Shown here: piece by piece, positions 52,724 to 64,000 of the stretch
How the letters are laid out: every line of letters begins with the position of its first letter
Position numbering within the stretch: position 1 is the stretch's first letter
Position numbers and translations under genes: made by a program
Notes under the pieces: model-generated
The model's input: only the letters and a program-made list of their open reading frames with translations
Database searches by the model: none
Told to the model about the DNA's origin: nothing
Assembly: GCF_018350175.1 (NCBI RefSeq)
Contig: NC_058368.1
Span: forward strand, 126,668,001 to 126,732,000
Reading direction: 5' to 3'
DNA: 64,000 bases
DNA from: Felis catus
Lineage: Eukaryota

Positions 52724-53934
52724 TTTAGTGTTTTTGTGAGTATATTTGACATACGATATTATTGTATCTTATAACTATAAAATTAGTTTCAGGTGTACAA
52801 CATAATGATTAGACAATTCCATACATTACTCAATGTTTACCACAAGTGTAATTACCATTTGTCACCATACAAAATTATTACAATATTATTGACTGTATTT
52901 CTTAAGCTGTACTTTTCATTCCATGACTTTGAATTTTTTTGAACTTCTTATAAAGTAGATTGTTCATCTCTGTTTCATTTAGTTCTTTTCCTGAAATTTT
53001 GCCTCCTTGTTTAATTTGGAGTGTATTTATCTTTCTCCTCATTTTATGTGACTGTGTATCAGGGAACACAGCTACCTCTCCCAGTCTTGAAGGAGTGCCC
53101 TTGTGTAGGAATGTTCTCTGTGTAGACTGTGTGCCTGGCTCTTTAGGTTGGCTGGCTGTAACTATAGCAGGCATTGACTGGAGTTCCTGGGGCAGTGTGT
53201 ACCTGGGCAGTCTTGTGGGAAAGCATGAGGTAAAGTGGATATATACCAGGCTGTTTGTGCAGGGGTGGAGGCCTCCATAGATAGATGGAGTGGACGCATG
53301 CTGGGGCCACCCTGGTGGGATGGCTAGAGCAGAAGCATTTACGGGGCTATCAGATTCTGGCATGCTATGCTCCAGGGCCATTGTAGTGGTGCAGAAAATG
53401 GTCTGCTTTGGGGGAGCAGGAAGATGTAGTATGGGCTAGGGGTCCAGGGCTCACTGATGTGGCGGGCTGGTTAGGGCACCTGGACTCTGCCTCTATCTGG
53501 GCTATCAAGTCAAAGGGTGGACACAGACAATGGTATTCATCACCACCTCTGACCCCAGAAAGCATTCCAGAAGTTGGTCCACCATTTGGTGGATGCTCTA
53601 ACATTAGTGAATGGGTTTCTTTCACTTAATTTCTAGTTACCCTTTAAACCACTTTTTTTTTCCTGAGCCGCATGTTGCAAACCTGCATGCAGGCCCCTCC
53701 GTTACAGTCATTCCTACTGCCACTCCTTAGCATCAGTAGATTTACTGTCATTACCATGTCTGTATCTCTTATGCCATTTTTTTATGTGGTGCCTCTATTC
53801 TTTGTTGTGCAGGACTGCTCAGTTATCTCTTAGATCTTTAGGAAAAACTGCCCAATATATAGGTATAGACTCTGTGTCTGAGAAGAGGGGACTTCAGGGG
53901 GTTCCTTTGCTGCCATCTTGGACACCTTCTTCCC
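52724..53934 (-). mobile_element. Nested 1.2-kb mini-L1: 5'UTR plus ORF1 start fused to the last ~200 bp of 3'UTR
   Basis: Sense start gggaagaaggtgtccaagatggc (YY1 motif); ORF1 N-terminus MRRKINTLQIKQGGKISGKELNETEMNNL; then aagtcatggaatgaaaagtacagc 3'UTR. Confidence 0.85.
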
Positions 53935-56836
53935 TCCAGTACTATACTGAATAGGAATGGTGAAACTAGCATCCTTGTCTTCCTTTTTTTATTTTAGAGG
54001 CAATGTTTCAATTTTTCTCCATTCAGTATAACGTTAGTTGTGGGTCTGTCATATATGGCCTTTATTATTATAAAGTATAAATAATAAAGTATAATTATTA
54101 CAAAGTATAAATAATAAAGTATTATTTATTATTATAAAGTAGATGCTTTCTTTACCCAATGTGGTTTTATTTTTTTAATCATGAAAGGATGTTGTAATCT
54201 GCCCAACGTTTTTCCACATTTATCAGATGATCCGGTGATTTTTATCTTTCATTTTATTGTAACGCATTACATTTACTGCCTTGCATATGTTGAACCATTC
54301 TTGGATCTCACGGATAATCCCACCTGGTCATGGGGTATAATTCTTGTAAGTTACTCTTGAATTCAGTTGATAACATTTTTAAAAAAATGTGTGTATATTC
54401 ATCAGTGATATTTAGCAGCATCTAGTTTTAAGGTATGTTTATCTAGTTTTGGTATCACAGTAATGCTGGCTTCAAAGCAAAAGCTTGGCAGTGACACCTC
54501 CACATTGATTTTGAAAGAGGTTGAGGAAGACTGGTGTTAATTCTTCTTCAGTTGTTGGATAGATTTCTCGAGTGAAGCCATTTGGTCCTGGAGTTGTCTG
54601 TGTTGGAAAGTTTTTGCTTACTGATTTAATTTTTTTACTCATTATTTGTTCAGATTTCGTGTTTCTTCCTGATTCAATCATTGTAGGTTGTGTATATTTT
54701 AGAAATACATTCATTTCTTGGTTAGGTAATTTGTTGGCCTATAATTTTTTTGTAGTAGTCTCTCAAAATTCTTTGTATTTCTGGAATATTAGTTGTAATG
54801 TCTCCTTTTATTTCTGAGTTCAAGTCTTCTTTCTTAGTCTAGCTAAAATTTTGTCAGTTTTATCTTTTTGAAAAGCCAGTTCTTAGTTTTATTGATCCTT
54901 TTACTGTTTTTCTGGTCTCTGTTTCCTTTATTTCCACTGTGATGTTTATTATTTCGTTCCTTCTGCTAATTTTGACATCAATCTGTACTTATTTTTCTAG
55001 TTCTTGAGGTGTAAAACTAGGTTGTGTATTTAAAATTTTTAACTTCTTAATAGGTGTGTATAGATACAAACTTTTCCCTCAGAACTGGTTTTGTGGCATC
55101 TCACAAGATTTGATAAGTTATTTTCATTTTTGTTTGAACATAATTTTTTATTTCCTTTTGTTTTCTTCTGGGACCCATGACATTTTTTTTTTTCAGTGTG
55201 GTGTTTAGTTTTCACATTTATGTGGCTATTCTTTTACTCTTGCTGATTTTTTTCATACTAATTGTGATCAGAAAAGTAGTTAGGATTTTGGTTGTCTTCA
55301 ATTTGCTAATAATTATGTTGTGGCCTATCACATACTCTATCCTGGAGAATAATCCATGTGCAGTTAAGAATGTGTATTCTTTTTTTTGTTTTTAGATGCA
55401 ATGTTCTGTGTTTGTTAAGTCTATTTGTTGTCATGTGTGGTTCATTCCAGTGTTTTCATGTTGATTTTCTGTCTGAGTGATCTATCCCTTGCTGACAGGT
55501 ATTAAAGTCCCCTAGTACTATTGTATTGCTGTCTATTTCTCCCTTAAGACCTGTTAGTATTTGCTTAATATATTTTTGGTGCTCAGGTGTTGGGAGCATA
55601 CATATTTATGATTATTTCATCTTTTTAATGTATTGACCCTTTTGTAATTATATAATGACCTCCTTTGTCTCTTGTTTTTTTGGCATCAAGTCTATTTTGT
55701 CCGCTGTCGGTATGGCTGTGCCTGCTTTTTTTTTTTTTCTTTTTTTTTGGCTTCTCTTTGCTTAAAATATCAATTTCCATCCTTTCCCTTTTAGCCTTTA
55801 TGTCTCTTTAGACTGAAACACGTTCCTACAGCATAATTTGGGTCTTGTTTTTTCTCCATCCCGCCACCTTGTGCCTTTTGATTGGTGAGTTAAAGCCATT
55901 TGCATTTAGGGTCATTATTGATGTGTATAAGATTTACTATTGACATTTTCTCTTTCGCTTTGTGCTTATTTTTTTCATTTTTTCCCCTTCTGTTTCTGTA
56001 AACCTTGGTGGTTTCCCATGGTGATTTACTCAATCTCTTATTTTTATTATGTTTGTGTCTCTGCTCTAGGTTTTTGTTTTGTGGTTATCATGAAGTTCCC
56101 ATGTAACATATCGCAGGTTAACAACCCTTTTTCTGCCCATAGCAGTTTTTCTTCTTTCACCTGTAAAGGTTCAATCCTTTTATCCCCCCCCTTTTATTGT
56201 TTTGATGTCACAAATTACCCATTTTAATGCTTATTTTATTATCAACTTGTAGTAGGTATAGTTATTATCAATGCTCCTTTAATCTTTATGCTATTCCTAT
56301 GTAATATACCTTTCTAAAAAATACAGTTTTCTAATTCTGACCATCTGCCACCTTAACCAGAGTTTTATGTGTTTTTTCTTTTTGTTTCAGCTTTAAGAGC
56401 TCCTTTCAACATTTCTTACAAGACAGTTCTAGTGGTGTTGACCTCCCTCAGCTTTTGTTTGTGTGTGGATGCCTTTGTTTCCCATTTACCTGAGAGATAA
56501 TTTTGCTAGATATTGTTACTTGAAAATTTTTTATCTTTTATCAGTTTGAATATGCCATTCCACTGTCTCCTGGCCTGTAGAGTTTCTGCTGTGAAATTTG
56601 CTGTTAGCCTAATGGGGGTCCCTTTGCAGGTTACTTTCTTTCCCTGGCTTTTTAAAATTCTTTATAACTGACTTACAGTTTTAATATAATCTGTTTTGGA
56701 GAAGATATTTTTGTCTTGAGATACTAAAGTGTTCTTTTGGCTTCTTATGCAATTCCTTCCCAGGTTTGGGAAGATCTTTGCTGCCTTCTACCTCTTTTCT
56801 GCTTTTGGTATACCTGTTATTCTTGAGTTGGCTTTT

Positions 56837-57050
56837 CTTTTTAAAATCTTTTTAATGTTTATTTATTTTTAAGAGAGAGAGTGTGTGAGCAGGGGAGGGG
56901 CAGAGACAGAGGGAGAGACAGAATCTGAAGCAGGCTCCAGGCTCTCAGCTGTCAGCACAGAGCCCCATGTGGGGCTCGAACCCATTAGCCATGAGATTGT
57001 GACCTGAGCTGAAGTCGGATGCTCAACCGACTAAACCACCCAGGTGCCCC
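56837..57050 (-). mobile_element. CanSINE nested in L1
   Basis: ...ccacccaggtgcccc; TSD ttgagttggcttttct / ttaagttggtttttct. Confidence 0.93.
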
Positions 57051-58171
57051 TTAAGTTGGTTTTTCTCATGAAGTCTCAAAGTTGTCATGGGGTTTCTTCA
57101 TTTTTTACATCTCAAGGCTCTTTCCTCTAACACCTGAATCATTTCTAATTCCTATTCTTAAGCTCACTTTCATCTGATCTATTCAGCTTGCAACTCTTTG
57201 TAATACTTTCTTCATTTATCCAGTTCTTCAGCTCCAGCATTTCTCTTGGGTTGCTTTTAGACTTTCAATTTCTTTGGAAAAGTACTCTGTCTCTTCTGTA
57301 ATCTCACTTATGAGATCACTATGCCACCTTTCTGAGTTCTCTTGTGGGTTGTTGAAATACTTCATTACAGCTTTTTTGAACTATTAGTTATACTTCAATA
57401 GTCCATACCTTTGGTGTGGGATGCTGGAGAATTGTTATTTTTTTTTTTTGGTAGCACATTTCTGCCAACCTAAATAAGAAAGGTGTTTACTACTTTGAAT
57501 GCAGCAGTAGCAGCATTTTACATAAAAAATTATCATTTTTGTCTTGTTTCATTTTCCAGAAGGTGGCACTATAGCACAGGTTTTTAGTTTCTCTTGCCAG
57601 AATGGACTGGCAGTTAAGGTTGGGAGTGTGCACATGAAAAAATGAAATAAAAATGCTGGTGAAGAAACAAAACAAAAAGGGTGCTGGCAGATTATGTGGG
57701 TGTTCCTAGAGGTCCATGGGCAGTCCTTTTGTCAGAATCCTAGGGCAAACACTAGGAGATGCTTTATTACAGTTCTCTTTGTCTTCACTTTGCTTTCCTT
57801 CCCCATCAGTCACTGCATGCTCTCCTGGGAGAGAGCAGTAGGTCCCTTCAGTTAGAGCAGGCAGAGGTGGACATATTCTCATGCAGCGTCTTCACCCTGT
57901 ATCTCCTCTGCCAGTAAAAGTATCTAGGGGAGTGCTGCCCTCCCCTGGCTTTTTAGACTCCTTTGAGATACAGTCCACCCACTTTCAGGTATACAGATGG
58001 ATGGATTTTGTGGTGGGCAAGGTGGAGGCTTCCTGGTGTGCTGTGTGGTGGCACTTTTGTATGGTCATGGATATCCAGTTAGTTGTAAATCAAAGGGAAA
58101 AGAATGTCATTACCGTTCTCCACTCTTTTGGCTAATTTTTAACCACTGGAAATTAGAAATGTTTTTCCAGG

Positions 58172-58822
58172 TTATTTTTTTTTTGAGACATAATTGACAT
58201 TGAACACTAAGTTTATTTTAAATGGGTTTTTTAAATGTTTTTATCTATTTATTTTTGAGAGAGAGAGAGTGAGCCAGTGAACGGCAGACAGAGAGGGAGA
58301 CACAGAATCTGAAGCACGCTCCAGGCTCTGAGCCATCAGCACAGAGCCCAACGCAGGGCCCCAACCCATGAACCATGAGATCTTGACCCAAGCTGAAGTT
58401 GTACACTTAAACCGACTGAGCCACCCAGGGGCCCCGAGCACTAAGTTTAAGGTGCACAACATTTGAGTTATATATATGGTGAAGTGATTACCACAAAAAG
58501 TTTAGTGAACATCTACCATGTCATACATAAAAAGTAAAAAAAGCAAAAACTTAGCCTGTGATGAGACCTCTTCAGGTATACTCTTGTAAAACTGCTCTCT
58601 GAAACATGATTGTTGTTAACTGTCATCATCAGGTTATATATGTCATCCCTAGTACTTATCTGTCTCATAAACAGTTTATGTTTCTATCACTTCCATCCAA
58701 TTCCCCCTTACCCATCTACCACTTCTAGTAAACCCAGAGATGATCACTTTTTCTGTGAGTTTTTGTTTCAAATTGTACATATAAGTGAGATCATACAGAA
58801 TTTTTTTTCATTAAGCATTATG
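58172..58822 (-). mobile_element. L1MA9-like 3'UTR fragment split by a SINE
   Basis: ttgagacataattgacat...aagtttaaggtgcacaaca...tgattaccacaaaaagtttagtgaacatc...catataagtgagatcatacag. Confidence 0.75.
58216..58435 (-). mobile_element. CanSINE with TSD
   Basis: gaacactaagttta / gagcactaagttta flanks. Confidence 0.92.
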
Positions 58823-58823
58823 T

Positions 58824-59501
58824 CTTTTATTGAATTATATATTTATTTAAAGACAAGTTACTTAACATACAGTATAGTATTGGTTTCAGGAGTAGAACCC
58901 AGTGATTCACCATTTGTATGTAACACCCAATGCTCATCCCAACAAGTGCCCTTCTTTTTTTTTTTTTTTTTTTAATTTTTTTTTTTTAACGTTTATTTAT
59001 TTTTGAGACAGAGAGAGACAGAGCATGAATGGGGGAGGGGCAGAGAGAGAGGGAGACACAGAATCAGAAGCAGGCTCCAGGCTCTGAGCCATTAGCCCAG
59101 AGCCCGACGCGGGGCTCGAACTCACGGACCGTGAGATCGTGACCTGAGCTGAAGTCGGAGGCTTAACTGACTGAGCCACCCAGGCACCCCCAACAAGTGC
59201 CCTTCTTAATGCCCATCACCCATTTAACCCTTTCCCCCACTCACCTCTCCCTCCAGCAACCCTCAGTTTGTTCTCTGTATTTAAGAGTCTCTTATGGTTT
59301 GATTTCCTCTCTGTTTTTATCTTATTTTTCCTTCCTTTCCCCTGTGTTCATCTGCTGTGTTTATTAAACTCCACATATGAGTTAAATCATATATTGTCTT
59401 TTTCTCCCTGACATATTTCTCTCAGCATAATACACTCTAGTGCCATCCACATTGTTATAAATGGCAAGATTTTATTCCTTTTGATTGCTGAGTAGTATTC
59501 C

Positions 59502-59541
<40 letters not shown>

Positions 59542-61421
59542 CCACATCTTTATCCATTCATCTGTTGATGAACAGTGGGCTCTTTCATAATTTGGCTATT
59601 GTTGATAGCCCTGCTATAAACATTAAGGTGCACGTGTCCCTTCGAATTAGGATTTTGGGTAAATACCTAGTAGTGCAATTTCTGGGTCATACTGTAGTTC
59701 TATTTTTAATTTTATGAGGAACTTCCATACTGTTTTCCAGAGTGGCTGTACCAGTTTATATTCCTACCAACAGTGAAAAGGGCTCCCCTTTCTTTGCATT
59801 CTTGCCAACATCTGTTGTTTCCTGAGTTGTTCATTTTTAACCATTATAACAGGAGTGATGTAGTATCTCATTGTGGTTTTGATTTGTATTTCCCTGATGA
59901 TGAGTGATGTTGAGCATTTTTTCATGTGTCATTTGGCCATCTGGATGTCTTCTTTGGAGAAGTGTCTATTCATGTCTTTTGCCCATTTCTTGCCTGGATT
60001 ACTTGTTTTTTTGGGTGTTGAGTCTGATAAGTTCTTTATAGATTTTGGATACTAACCCTTTATCTGGTATGTCATTTGCAAATACTTCTCCCATTTCATC
60101 AGTTGCCTTTTAGTTTTGTTGACTGTTTCCTTCACTGTGTAGAAGCTTTTTATCTTGACAAGGTCCCAATAGTTCATTTTTATTTTCCTTGTCACTGGAG
60201 ACGTGTCTAGTAAGAAGTTGCTGTGGCCGAGGTCAAAAAGTTTGCTGCCTGTCTTCTCCTTCATATAAGATGTTGATGGTTTCCTACCTCATATTTAGGT
60301 CTTACATCCATTCTGAATTTTTTTTGTATATGGTGTAAGAAAGTGGTCCAGTTTCATAATGCTGCATGTCGCTGTCCTGTTTTTCCAGCAAAATTTGCCA
60401 AAGAGGCTGTATTTTTTCCATTGGGTACTCTTTCCTGGTTTGTCGAAGATTGGTTGGCCATATATTTGTGGATCCATTTCTGGGTTCACTGTTCTGTTCC
60501 ATTGATCTATGTTTTTGTACCATACTCCCTTGATGATTACAGCTTTGTAATATAGCTTAAAGTCCAGAATTGTGATGCCTCCAGCTTTGGTCTCCTTTTT
60601 TCAACATTATTTTAGCTATTCACCATCTTTTCTGTTTCCATACAAATTTTAGGATTGTTTGCTCCAGCTCTGTGAAGAATGCTGGTGTTTGTTTTTTTTT
60701 TTTTTTTTGATAGGAATTATAGTGAATATGTAGATTTCTTTGGGTAGTACAGACATTTTAACAATATTTATTCTTACAATCCATGAGCATGGAATATTTC
60801 CCCATTTGTTTGTGTCTTCTTCAGGTTTCTTTATAAGCTTTCTGTAGTTCACCTATAGATCCCTTACCTCCCCTAGGTTTATTGCTAGGTATCTTACGGT
60901 TTTTGGTGCAATTGTAAATAGGATCAATTCCTTGATATTTCTGCTGCTTCATTATTGGTGTATAGAAACGCAACCATTTTCTGTATGTTACTTTTATATC
61001 CTGCAACTTTGCTGAATTCACTTATCAGTTCTATCAGTTTTTTTGATGGACTCTTTTGGTTTTCCATGTAGAATATCATATCATCTGCAAAAAAATGAAA
61101 GTTTGACTTCCTCTTTGCCAATTTGGATGCCTTTTATTTCTCTTTGTTGTCTGATTGCTGAGTATGGGACTTTTAGTCCTATGTTGAACAACAGTGGTGA
61201 GAGTGGACATCCTTGTCGTGTTCCTTACCTTAGGGGTAAATCTCTCAGTCTTTCCCCACTGAGGATATTAGCTGTGGACCTTTCATATATGGCCTTTATG
61301 ATGTTGAGGAATGTTGTGTCTATCCCTACTTTGTTGAGGGTTTTTATCAAGAAAGGATGCTCTGTTTTGTCAATGCTGTTTTTGTGTGTCTATTGAGAGA
61401 ATCATATGGTTTTTATCCTTT

Positions 61422-61452
<31 letters not shown>

Positions 61453-64000
61453 AAGTAACGTGGTCTATCACGTTGATTTGTGAATACTTAACTAGTCCTG
61501 CAGCCCAGGAATAAATCCCACTTGATTAATTCTTTTAATATACTGTTGAATTTGATTTACTAGTACCTTGTTGAGAATTTTCCATTTCCAGGTTCATCAT
61601 AGATATTGGCCTATAATTGTCCTTTTTAGTGGAGTCTTTGTCTGGTTTTGGAATTAGGTAATGCTGGCTTCATAGAGTGAGTTTAGAAGCTTTTCTTCCA
61701 TTTTTATTTTTTGGAACAGTTTGTGAAGAGTAAATACTAATTCTTCTTTAAATGTCTGGTAGAATTCCCCTTGGGAAGCCATCTGGTCCAGGACTTCTGT
61801 TAGGAGATTTTTTTGATGACTGATTTAATTTCTTTGCTGGTTATGGGCCTGTTCAAATTTTCTCTCTTCTCATTTCAGTTTTAGTAGTGTGTGAGTGCCG
61901 AAGAATTTGTCTATTTCTTTCAGTTTGCCCATAGTTTTATAAGTGTTTGCATTTTTGTGATATTACTGTGATCTGTCCTCTTTCATTCATCATTTTATCT
62001 ATTTGGGTTTTCCTCCTTTCTTTTTGATAAGTCTTGCTGGGAGTTGATCAATTTTTTTTTTTTTTTTTTTGGTTCTTTAAAAGAACCAGCATTTAGTTTC
62101 ATTGATCTCTTCTACTGGTTTTTGTTGTTTATATATTATTTATTTCTGCTCTGATCTTTACTATTTCCCTTCTTCTGCTAGCTTTAGGTTTTATTTGCTG
62201 CTCCTTTATTTGCTGCTCCTTTAGGTGTAAGGTTAAGTTGCGTATTTGGGACCTTTTTTGCTTCTTGAGATAGGTCTGAAGTGCTATGTACTTTCCTCTT
62301 AGGACTGCCTTTGCTGCATAGCAAATGTTTTGGACTGTTGTGTTTTCATTTTCATTGGCTTGCATGTATTTTTTAATATTTTCTTTAATTTCCTGGTGAA
62401 CCCTTTCATTCTTTACTAGGATGTTCTTTAACCCCCAAGTATTTGAGGGCTTTCCCTTTTTTTTTTTTTTTCTTGTGGTTGATTCAACTTTCCTGATTTG
62501 TTTTTAGATCTTTGAACTCTGCAGCAAGGATTCTTCACACGTCTTCTGTGCTGTTTTCAAGCCCAACCAATGGTCATTTGACTGCTATTCTGAATTCTTG
62601 TTCAGATATAGTGCTTATATCTGTTTTGAGCAAGTCCCTGGCTGTGACATTTTCTCAACCTTCTTTTGGGGAGAATTCCTTCTCTTGTCCTTTTGGCTAA
62701 GTTTCTGTCTTTTGCTTGTTTTAAAATAATGTTATGTTTCCTGCACCTGAGAGTAATGCTATATTTAAAAGGGGTCATACATTCTCTAAGGACTGGCACT
62801 TCTCAGAATGTTTCTGGTGTAGGCTGTATGCACTCTGTTCTTGCATATTGTCTGCTCTTTGCCACTGGTCAGTCATTTGCAGAGTTCATCCTTGTTTGCA
62901 GTGGAGAGTATTTGGATCTTTAACTAGGTGTGCTTTGATTTTTTTGTTGAAATAAGCCTGGAAAAAGGAGGGAAATGTCTGATCAAAAAAAAAAAAAAAA
63001 GGGAAATGCAAAACCCAAGAAACTATGAGCCTGATTCCAAAAGGAAAAAAAAGTAAGCCTATTCCTACCAGAACAGATGCAGGTGTTGTGAACCACTCGA
63101 CTTTTAGTATACTTAATGTATCCCAGGTGCTGGCTATGCTGATCTTCTGGAGGAGAGGCCTGCTGTGTTGACTCAGAGTCTGTCTTGCCCTAGTAAATAA
63201 GCAATTGCCAGGCACAGAGGGGTTCGGTTTGGTATATATGGGTTCTGCCTCTGCTAGGGGTTGCTGTATTGCTCTCTGAAGTCCCACCATGTTGGCATGG
63301 GTGGGGGGAATGGCACCACCTCCATCTCTCATCCCTACTGGGTATCTCACACCCCCGCTATTCAGGGAGCCCTCACTCAATAGCATGGACAGTCAGCTCA
63401 CCCTGTGCCACAACTCTCCTGCATTTTTTTTTGGACATGTGACTGGGATTCAAAACCCAAAGTCTTAAAGGACCCAGCACTGCAAGGATCTACCCACATA
63501 CTCCAGAGTAGAGACTCTCCATGCTGTGTCTGAAATCCTTTGTTCCAGAAAACCAGTCCCAGACTTGCGTGGTGTGAAGAATGTTTGGTGTAGCACCGCT
63601 AAAAGAAGCAAATTTTATATTCCCTCTGGGTGCATCTCTGTCTCCCTGGTGATGAAAGGCATTTCGCTGGTGATTACATGGTCTTTTGTCCTTGGAGAGG
63701 CAATACACCCTGTTCCAAAAATACTCCAGGAAGGGGAATGTTCTCTCCCAATACACCTAGAGATCTCTACACCACACTATGTACCCTGGAGCCAGCTCCC
63801 CCTACCCCAGGAGCACCACAGCTCCACTCCAAGGAAAGCCAAGTACTTACAAAACCTGAGAGCTTGATCTCTAAACACTATTTGCAAAAAATACCCTGTA
63901 ACACCCAGTACTTTTTGTCCCCAGTCCATGGTCCAGAGAGGTTTTCCTCTCCTGGAAACTAAATGCCACTGTTCTCAACCCTTCTTTCTCTGCCTTTTGT
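58824..64000 (-). mobile_element. Younger carnivore/feliform L1: 3'UTR, most of ORF2, a deletion at ~62492, ORF1 start and 5'UTR running to the window edge
   Basis: ORF2 RT motif FADDMI (60924..61121), NENENTTVQN...AKAVLRGKYIAL; ORF1-like acagccagggacttgctcaaaacagatataagc on the - strand. Confidence 0.92.
58957..59190 (-). mobile_element. Young SINEC_Fc with a perfect 17-bp TSD
   Basis: caacaagtgcccttctt at 58940-58956 and 59191-59207; long T tail; many CpGs retained. Confidence 0.96.

Larger units (their letters stand above)
50675..58135 (-). mobile_element. Near full-length decayed L1 (3'UTR, ORF2, ORF1, 5'UTR) with a nested L1 and a nested SINE
   Basis: ORF2 fragments ([24 protein letters not shown]) continue across the nested insert; ORF1-like sequence ~56400-57450; 5'UTR to ~58135. 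Confidence 0.88.

Noticed and set aside
62190..62219. 15-bp in-frame tandem duplication (KEQQI twice) in L1 ORF2
   Set aside because: An ordinary slippage event in a dead ORF.
62886..63962. ORFs of 88-166 aa
   Set aside because: They lie in the L1 5'UTR and have no recognisable domain.

Overview
Mammalian, most likely felid, genomic DNA: it carries CanSINE/SINEC_Fc elements and cat-type L1 3' ends. The window lies inside the neuronal small GTPase gene RAB3C on the + strand. One 125-nt coding exon (30849-30973) is flanked by long introns made up largely of transposable elements: a Tigger1 remnant, other DNA-transposon fossils, ERVL/MaLR LTRs, MIR/L2, about 18 carnivore SINEs and several large L1s, all of the large ones antisense to the gene. 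No other protein-coding gene, RNA gene, CRISPR array or prokaryotic system is supported, and I cannot support a new biological system. The most unusual observations are: five L1 copies that keep both 5'UTR and 3' end but lack internal segments; a 5'-inverted L1 with a fold-back palindrome in its tail; several local fold-back or templated-duplication scars; a ~70-bp monomer array in an L1 5'UTR; and a (CA)20 tract plus an inverted SINE pair around the exon. Repeat family names come from recalled consensus sequences, not a database search, and boundaries of old repeats are approximate.
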